Source of the DNA: an uncultured Phycisphaerales bacterium
GTDB taxonomy: Bacteria > Planctomycetota > Phycisphaerae > Sedimentisphaerales > Anaerobacaceae
Direction of reading: 5' to 3'
NCBI GenBank assembly: GCA_963718665.1
Contig: OY970359.1
Location: 288,001-352,000 of the forward strand
Length of the DNA: 64,000 nucleotides
The notes beneath the pieces are model-generated. The model did no database searches, had not been told where the DNA came from, and saw only the letters and a list, made by a program, of their open reading frames with translations. This document shows, in pieces, positions 10,001-18,888 of this stretch; the stretch's first letter is position 1; every line of letters starts with the position of its first letter. The translations under genes were made by a program, and so were the position numbers.

Positions 10001-10484
10001 CGCATCGCTACCTAAGCAGCTTTGCCTCCGAATCCTATAAATATGGTTATGAACTACACCCCTTGTTATTTAACTCAAATACCCTCAATTTGTCAATAAC
10101 CTTTGCAAAAACAACACCCTAATTTATACTATTTACGCGTATCGTTCATTGGTTGTGCGGCTCGTTTCGTCCTGCCCTGGCTCGATGCCGAGGCGGACAA
10201 GTCGCAAATCATCAATTGGCTAATCCCCCGCCATCGACATAACTGTTTCAACGCTAAAAATGGCTTGCATTTGGCCCCCAAATCGGTTATAATAACCATT
10301 TAGGTTACGGAGCTTTTGTGCCCCCTAATCCAGGTGAAAATTAGTGGCGGGGTTATTGGGCGCTCACGCCGAAAAAACGTCGGTTTTTTGAAAATTCAGA
10401 CGGGTCGCGTGAATTTGGCAAAAACGCACGGATGCGCAATAATCACTTTTCGGACTTGTCCGACAAGTTGGAGAGCAAACACTT

Positions 10485-11507
10485 ATGGCCGGTATGTTCT
10501 ATTCAATCAAAGAGGTCGCTGAAAAGCTCGGCAAAAGCGAAGATGAGGTTAGGCAGATAGTAAAAAGCGGTCGGCTGCGCGAGTTCCGCGACGGGTCGAA
10601 CCTGCTGTTCAAAGTCGATGAGGTAAATTCACTGCTGTCGGATACGAGTTTTATGGCAGTCAATAAGCCGTCAGATACGCCGGCCCCGACGAAAAGCGAA
10701 GAAGTCGGAGCAGATGAAGTACTGCTTGCGCCGGAAACAGCCGGCCCCCCGGAAAAAGCCGACGAGGAGCTTCAACTGACCGACGCCGATACGCAGATTG
10801 TCGATGATGGTATTAAGGTCCTGGGCGATACCGACTCATTAAGCAAAGAAGGCAGCGATGAGACATTCAAAGGCCTCGATGAAACAGCCGGTTCACCCGG
10901 CAAAGAGGCATCGCTCGAGGAAATCGAAAAAGACGCGAATTTGGATACCTTCGGCAGCGGTTCAGGTCTTCTTGACCTGTCGTTGCAGGCAGATGACACA
11001 TCATTGGGCGGAATACTTGACGAGATTTATACTCCCGGCGGAGAAGGTAAAGCCCCGGCGGCAGGTGAGCCGGCGGCAGATAAGGCGGGTGCGGAAGGTT
11101 CGGCAATGGAAGTAGCAGCCGAAGCGGACCAGATGCTATCCGCAGACCAATTCCACGAAACGCCTATAGCAGCGCCCGCAGCGGCGGCTATGGCGTATGT
11201 CGAGTCGGCTCCTGACGCGATGAGCAACGCACTGGGCGTTATGCTGTTTATACCCATTTTAGCGGTCGTTTACACAATTATTGCGGCGATATCGGCGCTG
11301 AGCAGCGTTACGCCGGATATCGTGAAGATGTCGCAGAGTTTCATCTGGTATATCGCTATCGGTATGGCTGTCGCGTCGATTCTGATAGCCATAGTGGGCA
11401 TGGTAATGAGCGGCGAAAAGAAACCCAAGGCACCGAAAGCACCAAAGCCGCCAAAAGTCAAAAAGGAAAAGCCGCCTAAACCGGTCAAAGAGAAAAAGGC
11501 GAAATAG
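10485..11507 (+). CDS. Excisionase-like HTH protein with acidic linker and two C-terminal TM helices
   Basis: FYSIKEVAEKLGKSEDEVRQIVKSGRLREFRDG (HTH_17/MerR-like), SGSGLLDLSLQADDTSLG motif, 2 TM, K/P-rich tail; SD GGAG. Confidence 0.75.
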   Translation: MAGMFYSIKEVAEKLGKSEDEVRQIVKSGRLREFRDGSNLLFKVDEVNSLLSDTSFMAVNKPSDTPAPTKSEEVGADEVLLAPETAGPPEKADEELQLTDADTQIVDDGIKVLGDTDSLSKEGSDETFKGLDETAGSPGKEASLEEIEKDANLDTFGSGSGLLDLSLQADDTSLGGILDEIYTPGGEGKAPAAGEPAADKAGAEGSAMEVAAEADQMLSADQFHETPIAAPAAAAMAYVESAPDAMSNALGVMLFIPILAVVYTIIAAISALSSVTPDIVKMSQSFIWYIAIGMAVASILIAIVGMVMSGEKKPKAPKAPKPPKVKKEKPPKPVKEKKAK

Positions 11508-11539
11508 TCGATAGTCGTTAGTCGATAGTTGTTAGTCGT
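11505..11539 (+). repeat. Heptamer tandem repeat (TAGTCGW)x5 starting at the stop codon
   Basis: TAGTCGA TAGTCGT TAGTCGA TAGTTGT TAGTCGT. Confidence 0.8.
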
Positions 11540-11563
11540 TAGTAAATTGTAATTTAGAATTTT

Positions 11564-11600
11564 GAAGCCCTTCGATTTTTTCGGGGGGCTTTTCTTTTTT
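11564..11600 (+). terminator. Intrinsic terminator
   Basis: AAGCCCTTCGA-loop-TCGGGGGGCTT followed by a T run. Confidence 0.75.
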
Positions 11601-11623
11601 ACCCCGCTGCTCAACAGCGGTTT

Positions 11624-12724
11624 TTAATGTTTCTTAATAAGCTCTAACATTTCTCGGTCGAGCTTGTGGCCCTTATAGTTTTCGTATTGCACATCGGGTC
11701 GGGTGCTGTCTAAAACGCCGAAGTCACCCCGCAGGTTCCACAATGCCTGTCCCCAGCCGACCTCTTTCCAGAGCGAAAGCACGTCTTTCATCCAGGCAAG
11801 CACCACCTTGTGCGGGGTTTTGTTATAGCAGCCCCATTCCCCGACGTGCACGGGCACGCCCATTTTTACAAGAGGCGTCCAGGTGTCAATCAGCATTTTT
11901 TTCAGGACGACCCTGTTCCAGACCTTTCCGTCGTCAGCTTTCATAGGCCAGGTCGGCACGCCGGATGATTCTAACGCGCTCTGCCGCACCCAGTCGGCAT
12001 GGTAATGGGTTACGGTCATAGGCGTATAGCCGCGAGTGCTTTGAACGACGCCGAGGTCGGCGATGCCGAAAATCGGTGTTCTGCCGTAGTTTTGGCCGTC
12101 GGAGACAATCAGCCGGTTCGGGTCTTCTTCCCTTATCGCTTTTGTCAGCGCGGTAACCACCCGCACGTGAGGCGTTTCGTCCGGTGTGTGAGGCGGCTCA
12201 TTAATCAAATCGAAACTGAGCTGCGAGCTCGGTATTCCTTTGTATCTTTTGGCGAACATTTTCCAGTGGAAAATCGCGCCGTCGAGGGCCTTTTGCATAT
12301 TTTCCGGCGTATCTTCGTAAAGGTCCACCGGCTCTTTTTTGCGGTCGTTGACGCAATAGCCGGGGATACGGTGCAAATTGAGGTTGATGTGAACTTTGTA
12401 TTTTTTGCCCAGCTCGACAACCTCGTCTATTTCTTTGATTACCCCCTCGTCAATTTTGAACCAGTCGTCTTTCGACGCCCATCTCCAGTAGGACATCGGT
12501 ATGCGGGCAAAGTCGAATCCCCATTCGGTCATTATCTCGAAATCTTCCTCTTTGAATCTGGCTCTTGGTCCCCATTCGCCGAATTTCTCCAATAGATTAA
12601 AGCCACGGTAGCGGGGAATGGTCAGCTTTGGCTTTTCCGGTTCAGCCGATACGCCGGTTTTTAAACCAACGATAGATGTCGCCGCGATTATGCCGCTTGT
12701 CTTGAGGAAGTCACGTCTGTCCAT
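11624..12724 (-). CDS. Tat-exported glycoside hydrolase family 5
   Basis: MDRRDFLK Tat motif; RGFNL, FARIP, DLINEP (acid/base), HVGEWG (nucleophile). Confidence 0.9.
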   Translation of the reverse strand: MDRRDFLKTSGIIAATSIVGLKTGVSAEPEKPKLTIPRYRGFNLLEKFGEWGPRARFKEEDFEIMTEWGFDFARIPMSYWRWASKDDWFKIDEGVIKEIDEVVELGKKYKVHINLNLHRIPGYCVNDRKKEPVDLYEDTPENMQKALDGAIFHWKMFAKRYKGIPSSQLSFDLINEPPHTPDETPHVRVVTALTKAIREEDPNRLIVSDGQNYGRTPIFGIADLGVVQSTRGYTPMTVTHYHADWVRQSALESSGVPTWPMKADDGKVWNRVVLKKMLIDTWTPLVKMGVPVHVGEWGCYNKTPHKVVLAWMKDVLSLWKEVGWGQALWNLRGDFGVLDSTRPDVQYENYKGHKLDREMLELIKKH

Positions 12725-12860
12725 ACCCGGTTCTCCATAGCCCATTTCGATTATTTCACCGTCTGCGAACATCCTAACAACCTACCGGATTAAGTCAACC
12801 ACCGCATTACATTTGTAGAGAACACGGAATTTTTAGACACGGATTTCTGTACGCTGAACG

Positions 12861-13460
12861 CTATACGCTGTCCGCTGATTCTGCAAAATTCAATCTCGCA
12901 AACTCCCCATGGTATTTCTTCGCTGCCTCATCATACGCCTTCGCCGCTTCGATTTGGGTCTCGAAACTCCCTAAGTAAATTCTTTTCCCCTGATACCTGA
13001 TTCTCGCCCCCCACTTTTTGATTTCTTTTATAAAATAGAGCCCGATATATTTCGATGCCGTCTTTCCTCTGATTTTTGGCCTGTTATACGTATTCTGTGC
13101 AGGCGTCGCAAATCGCAGATTCGCCCTCCTGTTATCGAGAGAATCCCCGTTTTCGTGGTCAACAAGGGTCCCTTTGGGCGCATCGAGAATTTCCCTGTGC
13201 AAAAACGATGTCTTGACCCGCCCTGCAATGGTTTGTTTGAGGACCCGGACAGCATAGAAACGCTCGTTTTCGCCTGCTGCTGACCACTTCAGATGGCCGA
13301 ATTTATAATAATCCGCCGGCTCAACTATCGTCCACTCCCCTTCGCCCAAATATATCCGCCGATATGTATAGCCGTAACGGAGCAGGCGAAAGGCGAGCAA
13401 TGGACAGGTGAAAATAAAATCGAGCCAAACAGGTATCGTTATTGTTAATTGTGCAGACAT
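12861..13460 (-). CDS. HNH endonuclease fused to an AP2 DNA-binding domain (homing-endonuclease-like)
   Basis: LHREIL...VDHENGDSLDNRRANLRFATPAQN (HNH); SKYIG...KWGARI...IYLGSF...EAAKAYDEAA...GEFARLNF (AP2); SD GAGGAGG before ATG 13460. Confidence 0.9.
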   Translation of the reverse strand: MSAQLTITIPVWLDFIFTCPLLAFRLLRYGYTYRRIYLGEGEWTIVEPADYYKFGHLKWSAAGENERFYAVRVLKQTIAGRVKTSFLHREILDAPKGTLVDHENGDSLDNRRANLRFATPAQNTYNRPKIRGKTASKYIGLYFIKEIKKWGARIRYQGKRIYLGSFETQIEAAKAYDEAAKKYHGEFARLNFAESADSV

Positions 13461-13479
13461 ACTTATTCCTCCTCGGAGC

Positions 13480-13710
13480 GTAGCGCAGATCCCCGCCTGC
13501 CCTCGACTGCTGCTCACTCGGCTTTGCAATCGGGGGAGAACCCGCCCCATTGGTTCCGCAACAGGGGACCCATAAAGAAATTCCAAATCCCACTTTTTAA
13601 ATTTACAATCCGAAATTGGAACTTCTGTTCCTGATGCCTTGCCCTCCCGGGGCGAAATGCTTGCTTGCCTCGGCGTAGCTCCTTGAGCGAAGCCGGGCGC
13701 TCTGCGCTAC
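13480..13710 (-). ncRNA. Candidate structured leader/ncRNA upstream of the HNH-AP2 gene
   Basis: Perfect 10-bp inverted repeat GTAGCGCAGA (13480-13489)/TCTGCGCTAC (13701-13710) enclosing several hairpins; no credible ORF. Confidence 0.4.
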
Positions 13711-13723
13711 TACTTTTTCGGAA

Positions 13724-13777
13724 GACAGACGACAGAAGACAGATTAGCCGTCCTCCGACCTCAGTCATCCGTCCTCA
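13724..13777. repeat. Opposed heptamer arrays (GACAGAN x3; GTCCTCN-like x4) able to form a hairpin
   Basis: GACAGAC GACAGAA GACAGAT ... GTCCTCC GACCTCA GTCATCC GTCCTCA. Confidence 0.7.
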
Positions 13778-14241
13778 GAACCCAAAGGTTCTCCTATATA
13801 TAAGGTGAAATTTTGGGTGTTTTAAGGAGTTACGAAACATTAATTTTCTGCCCGAAATTGGTAACTCCTTGCAAGACAAGGAATAAAAAAAATTTCAAAA
13901 ATCGTAAAATTTTTTTGGCAATATAGGCAATATGTCAATAACAGTTACACAGTATTATTTCCCGGCCTGCCCTGAGCAAGCGTAGCAAGTCGAAGGGATT
14001 TTTTTAGGGCACTTGCGAGACAAACGTTTTAAACAAACATATCGCTTACCTATTTTAACATTTCCCCGTCTCTGGCAGACAGATTTCCACTGCTCACCTG
14101 TTCGACTTTTCTAATATCTCGCGCAGCGTGACGCTGTTTTTAATGTGCCCTTAACGCTGGTTTTTACGCGGAAAATTTGGTTTTGAGTGAACAGTTTTCA
14201 ACTGCTCAACTATCTACTTTCCCGGGAACCTCAAAGAAACG

Positions 14242-15231
14242 TTAGGAAAACCACCCATTTGCATTATCCAAAAACGATCCCCTGTCGCACCAGATGATGC
14301 TGATCTTTAGACTCAGTAGCCATTTTTCTATGTTGGGATTCGGTTTCTTCGGAAGAAGAATCGCTTTATGGGGTTCGCCAAATTTCTCCTTCCCTTGGAA
14401 AGCGTAATCCAGAAGCTGCCCCACCGCCATCCTAATGTGTTCTCGCCGTGCGGAGCTTTTGGCCTCAATTAAGTTTCTCCTCTCTTTTTCATATCCATCA
14501 CATCTAAGTGTTCCATATTTTGCCGCTAAAAGTATTCGATCCTGTTTCTTTATCCAGTCCCGATAACTATCTATCAACTTAGCTTCAACCTTTTTAGCCC
14601 TAGTAATTCTGCTCTTCGTTTGAACCTTGTAGTCGAGTTGATGATTTTCGGGCAGATCAACTAAGTCAGTGTTCGGAGTTGTTATTGTTAGGCTACGTTT
14701 GTGCTCTGTCGTTACGCGATGTTTTTCGCCAGCTTTCATGTTCTTGTTGCCGAGATGGTGTTCCATCCAGTTGCAGACTTTTTTGTGAGCATCGTTTCCT
14801 TCGGGGTGAAGTTGAACCAATGCTTTTGTGTGGCGAAGAACATCGCTGAGTGGTATGCCAGATGGCGGTCGGCTCCACGGTTTAAATGGGAACAGTTTTC
14901 GCAGAGACCCAAACTTCTGACCTTGCGGTGACATGAAACCCTTCATCCTTGTTGCGTATTCGCCGTGAACTATTCCAAAACCAACAATTTCTGGCTCGCC
15001 CTTATGTCGCCTCGCAATCAGTATAACATCGCCGGGTTTTATGCCTCGCTTTGTCACGCCAGCGAACTTGGGACCTATTTGGCCATGACCGTAATCATCT
15101 GGTTCCCATCCCATGAAGACCGCGTGTTCCCGGACTGACGCTTCCCTCCACTCACCAACCGTTGCCTCGTTTATGTTCGGCGACACCACCCAATAAACAG
15201 TCTTTGATTTTGCCTCTTTCTTATTTGCCAT
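14242..15231 (-). CDS. Putative PD-(D/E)XK nuclease with possible EVE/PUA-like N-terminal domain (candidate restriction/defence protein)
   Basis: C-terminal LRCDGY...LIEAKSS...IRMAVGQLLDY; N-terminal YWVV...FMGW...IKPGDVIL...IVGFGIV. Confidence 0.6.
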   Translation of the reverse strand: MANKKEAKSKTVYWVVSPNINEATVGEWREASVREHAVFMGWEPDDYGHGQIGPKFAGVTKRGIKPGDVILIARRHKGEPEIVGFGIVHGEYATRMKGFMSPQGQKFGSLRKLFPFKPWSRPPSGIPLSDVLRHTKALVQLHPEGNDAHKKVCNWMEHHLGNKNMKAGEKHRVTTEHKRSLTITTPNTDLVDLPENHQLDYKVQTKSRITRAKKVEAKLIDSYRDWIKKQDRILLAAKYGTLRCDGYEKERRNLIEAKSSARREHIRMAVGQLLDYAFQGKEKFGEPHKAILLPKKPNPNIEKWLLSLKISIIWCDRGSFLDNANGWFS

Positions 15232-15352
15232 AACCAGAAAGCTTAATCCCTGCCCAATAATTTGCAAGCCCCATTGCTGAATTATCTTGTCCTAATTATG
15301 CTTTTAGGGTATATTGCCTTACGTACTTAAGCATAATAGTTGGGCTTCAAAA

Positions 15353-15943
15353 ATGAGTGAGAAACACACAATTCGAAATAGGATTATCATTGGTGTTTCG
15401 ACAGGAATCATCTTAACTATTCTTACAAGTGCATGGCTCACAGGGATGCTGATCATGTTTCTCCACTGGTTGTGGTCGGCTATCAAGTTCATGGGCAATC
15501 TTTTAGTTCACCGAGTTGCGATACCAGTGTGGATTATCGCACTGTTTGGTATTTTAGCGATCTTTCCAATTTTGCATCTTGTGCGTCTCCTCGGAAGGAA
15601 AGAGAATGATTTGTCGGAAGACACTTACACCGAAGACAATCTGTTCGGCGTGGTCTGGAGATGGCGTTATAACTCCAGCGGTATAAATAACCTATGGGCA
15701 TTCTGTCCGCATTGCGACCTCGAACTTGTATATAGCGAGAAAAGATCCGAATATTGTGCGCCTTATCTCCATCCACCTGAGTTTACGGAATTCATATGTG
15801 AAAACTGCAATATAAAATCAGAAAAACTGCTGGGGGACAAATCCCATGCCCTGGGTCAGGTTGAACGAGAAATCCGCCGTCGTCTTCGGACAGGTGAATG
15901 GAAAAAAATTCTAGAAATAGGAAAACCTGCCGACCATGGGTAG
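15353..15943 (+). CDS. Hypothetical membrane protein with zinc ribbon
   Basis: 2-3 hydrophobic N-terminal segments; FGVVWRW, FCPHCD...FICENC. Confidence 0.7.
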   Translation: MSEKHTIRNRIIIGVSTGIILTILTSAWLTGMLIMFLHWLWSAIKFMGNLLVHRVAIPVWIIALFGILAIFPILHLVRLLGRKENDLSEDTYTEDNLFGVVWRWRYNSSGINNLWAFCPHCDLELVYSEKRSEYCAPYLHPPEFTEFICENCNIKSEKLLGDKSHALGQVEREIRRRLRTGEWKKILEIGKPADHG

Positions 15944-16043
15944 AATTGGAAAACAAAGAAAATTAAAATTATGGCACGATAACGAAAAATAATTGCTGTT
16001 CCCAGTATTACAAGGCACTAATGAGGAAAGGAACATTGGAATT

Positions 16044-16496
16044 ATGCCAAAACGCAAGCCTTACGAAAAAAGAACTGACCTTGAAAAGATTCACTCGCAA
16101 TGGCACAAGCTAACCGGCCTTCACACTCATGAAGAGTGGTCTGCTGCAATTGTCCGAGCAGCGACCGCTGCTGAACTTGCCGCCAACTTCGCTATACGCA
16201 AAGAGTTCGAGAGCAAAAGCAAATTCAACTCGAAGTTTATAGACAGCTTGTTGCGTTGGGGCAACGGGCTTGAAGGAAAGATAAATCGCTTGTTAATTCC
16301 GCTAACTATTGGCGAGAAACACCACAAGATAATAAAGAAGCTCAAAGGTGCTTCAGAACAAATCAATGGCAAACGCAATGCTATTGCTCATCGGGGTGAG
16401 TTTTGCAACGAAGCGGAATCAAAAGCTGCCATCCAACAGTCGAGAAAATTCGTTGAAACTCTGGTACAAATTTACGAACCAAGCTTTGTGCTATAG
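16044..16496 (+). CDS. HEPN-domain protein (putative RNase)
   Basis: All-helical; AIVRAATAAE N-terminal helix and Rx4H motif RNAIAH. Confidence 0.7.
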   Translation: MPKRKPYEKRTDLEKIHSQWHKLTGLHTHEEWSAAIVRAATAAELAANFAIRKEFESKSKFNSKFIDSLLRWGNGLEGKINRLLIPLTIGEKHHKIIKKLKGASEQINGKRNAIAHRGEFCNEAESKAAIQQSRKFVETLVQIYEPSFVL

Positions 16497-16650
16497 GACA
16501 TAAATCGATGGCCCCCAGCGAACTCCGCATAATCTGTGTCTAAGCAGTCAGCTTTACAAAAGGGCAATAAGCCCTTGTGGATGAAGGCGGGTGGCAAGCA
16601 CACAAACAACGTTTGGAGCATTGCCTCCGCCAAGAACACAAAGCTGACTG

Positions 16651-16750
16651 TCCTCTGTGCAATCTGTGTCCTCTGTGGCTAAACAAAAAAACAGCGTAAC
16701 CAGCGTAATCAGCGTCTAAAAAAATCCTTTGTGTCTTTGCGCCTTTGTGG
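16651..16750 (+). repeat. Cluster of 8-9-mer tandem repeats
   Basis: TCCTCTGTG CAATCTGTG TCCTCTGTG; CAGCGTAAC CAGCGTAAT CAGCGT; CTTTGTGT CTTTGCGC CTTTGTGG. Confidence 0.7.
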
Positions 16751-16794
16751 TAAAAATCTTTGTAATCAACAGGCACGGAATTCCTGGAGTCAGA

Positions 16795-17931
16795 ATGAAC
16801 GAGTTTGCGCAACAGGGCAATAGTGGACAACAGCCGGCAAAGCATCAAAGGCGGCGCAGATACAGCGGGACGCACCCGAAGCATTTCAATGAAAAATACA
16901 AGGAGCATAATCTCTCGGCCCACCCGGAAATCAAAGAGCATCTGCGGGCCAAAGGCAAAACGCCCGCGGGCACACACGTGCCGGTGCTCGTCGAAGAGGT
17001 AATGGCATGCCTGAATCCAAAGCCCGGCGAAATCGTCGCTGACTGCACCGTTGGTTACGGCGGGCACGCATCCGAATTCCTCAAACGCATCGGGCCAACA
17101 GGAAAACTGATTGCGATAGACGCGGACAACACAGAATTAGAACGCACACGCAATCGGCTAAGCAAAGACAACGCTCCTGTGAGTTTTCATCACAGCAATT
17201 TCGCGGGGTTAGCCAAGGTGCTGAAAAAAGAAGGACTCGCGGGCTGCGATATAATTTTCGCGGATTTGGGCGTTTCGAGTATGCAGATAGATAATCCCGA
17301 ACGAGGGATGAGCTACAAGCACGCCGGATCAATCGATATGCGAATGGACAGCCGATTAAAACAGACCGGCGCGGATTTGCTCAATACGCTTTCCGAAGAA
17401 GAATTGTCGAATGCGTTTTTGGAATTGGCGGATGAGCCGGACCATAAAAAAATCGCGGAGTTTATTGTAAACCAGCGGAAGGTTACGCCGATTACGCAGA
17501 CCGACCAGTTGATACGGATAATTTTCAGCGTAAAGGGCCTGACCGAGAAACTCTGGAAGAAGCAGAATCGGGCAGGATTCGGCAAGCTGCACCCTGCGGC
17601 GCGGACGTTTCAGGCGCTACGCATATTAGTCAATGACGAACTTGGCTCACTGAAAGAATTATTGAGAATCGCGCAATACTGCCTGCGGCCCGGCGGGCGA
17701 ATCGGGATAATAAGTTTTCACAGCGGCGAGGACCGGCTTGTGAAGCGGTGGTTTCGAGACAACGTCCGAGCGGGCATATACCAGACGGCCTCACCTGACG
17801 CGATTGTGCCCAGAACAAAAGAGATTATGTCGAATCCGCGCAGTTCGTCGGCCAAATTCCGCTGGGCGGTAATAAAATCGCAGGAGGATACTATAACCCC
17901 TACCACACCCCCAGGCGGGCCTGGGGGCTAA
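16795..17931 (+). CDS. rsmH: 16S rRNA m4C1402 methyltransferase RsmH family, with basic N-terminal extension
   Basis: HVPVLVEEV, DCTVGYGGH, ADLGVSSMQID, DMRM, HPAARTFQALRILVNDEL, ISFHSGEDRLVK, NPRSSSAK. Confidence 0.88.
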   Translation: MNEFAQQGNSGQQPAKHQRRRRYSGTHPKHFNEKYKEHNLSAHPEIKEHLRAKGKTPAGTHVPVLVEEVMACLNPKPGEIVADCTVGYGGHASEFLKRIGPTGKLIAIDADNTELERTRNRLSKDNAPVSFHHSNFAGLAKVLKKEGLAGCDIIFADLGVSSMQIDNPERGMSYKHAGSIDMRMDSRLKQTGADLLNTLSEEELSNAFLELADEPDHKKIAEFIVNQRKVTPITQTDQLIRIIFSVKGLTEKLWKKQNRAGFGKLHPAARTFQALRILVNDELGSLKELLRIAQYCLRPGGRIGIISFHSGEDRLVKRWFRDNVRAGIYQTASPDAIVPRTKEIMSNPRSSSAKFRWAVIKSQEDTITPTTPPGGPGG

Positions 17932-18085
17932 CCGACACGGAATGAGGACGAGAATAACCTGTAAGATTTTGCAATTTTGGTCTTGACGGGCGGAGTGAAA
18001 ACGGTTTTATTTATGTAGAAGTCCCGGAACGCCGGGAGATGATAAAAAGGATTTGTCAGTCAATCGCGCTTGAAAGGATGATAAG

Positions 18086-18865
18086 ATGCGACTCGCCACA
18101 GTTTCAGTAATCAGTATCGTATGTGCTGCAATGATATTTGCCAGCGGCTGCGTTTCCGACCAGCAGTTCAAGGACCTCAAACTGCAGAACGGTGCGCAGG
18201 AAAGACGCATAAAAGAGCTTGAAAGCCAGGTGCAGGCGGCGAACCTGGAGCTTGAGCAGGCCAAGAGGCAAATCGAGGCGCTGGGCGGCAAGGGTAACGT
18301 TGAAATGCAGGCACTGCAGCAGAGAATCGCGGCACTGGAAGAGGATATAGCAAAGAAGAAGGCACTGATTGAGGCAATGCAAAAACAACTGCTTGGCGCG
18401 ACGCAACTGCCCGCGGAACTCAGCTCAATGCTGGAGGACTGGGCAAAGGGAAGCGATTTGGTCAGTTTCGACGCGGCAAGGGGTATTGTAAAATTCAAGA
18501 GCGATTTGCTCTTTGAGAAAGGCAGCGACGAGGTAGCACCATCGGCTTTGGAAGCAGTAAAGGCGCTTTGCGTGATTCTTAATACGGACCAAGCCAAAGA
18601 GTTTGATATCATAATCGCGGGGCATACGGATGACCTGCCGATTTTAAAGCCCGAAACAAAGGCAAAACACCCGAGCAACTGGTATTTGTCGGCACACAGG
18701 GCTATCACGGTTCTGGACGTTATGACGGCTAACGGTATTGCATCGGAACGCGCGAGCATCAGGGGATTCGGCGAATTCAGACCCATCGTGCCAAACGAGC
18801 TAAACAAGAAGGGCAACCCGCAGAACAGGCGAGTTGAGATTTACATCGTCCCAAAGGGCGTGTAA
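18086..18865 (+). CDS. OmpA/MotB-family lipoprotein with coiled coil
   Basis: Lipobox FASGC; LLFEKGS, IAGHTD, NWYLSAHRA, GFGEFRP, NRRVEI. Confidence 0.88.
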   Translation: MRLATVSVISIVCAAMIFASGCVSDQQFKDLKLQNGAQERRIKELESQVQAANLELEQAKRQIEALGGKGNVEMQALQQRIAALEEDIAKKKALIEAMQKQLLGATQLPAELSSMLEDWAKGSDLVSFDAARGIVKFKSDLLFEKGSDEVAPSALEAVKALCVILNTDQAKEFDIIIAGHTDDLPILKPETKAKHPSNWYLSAHRAITVLDVMTANGIASERASIRGFGEFRPIVPNELNKKGNPQNRRVEIYIVPKGV

Positions 18866-18888
18866 CACGATAACGGTCGAAATTCGCA

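Noticed and set aside
10100..10484. c-di-GMP or other riboswitch in the long leader
   Set aside because: GCAAA fragments are present but there is no consistent P1/P2 architecture
10485..11507. Prophage/ICE excisionase
   Set aside because: No integrase, att repeats or phage genes; the protein has TM helices and a long linker
13461..13586. Longer TTG start for the HNH-AP2 ORF
   Set aside because: A strong SD precedes ATG 13460 and the extension lies in the paired non-coding region
13480..13710. SRP RNA, cobalamin riboswitch or group I/II intron
   Set aside because: No SRP CAGG..GGAA..AGCAG loop, no B12 box, and no recognisable intron core or interrupted gene by eye; an Rfam search is still needed
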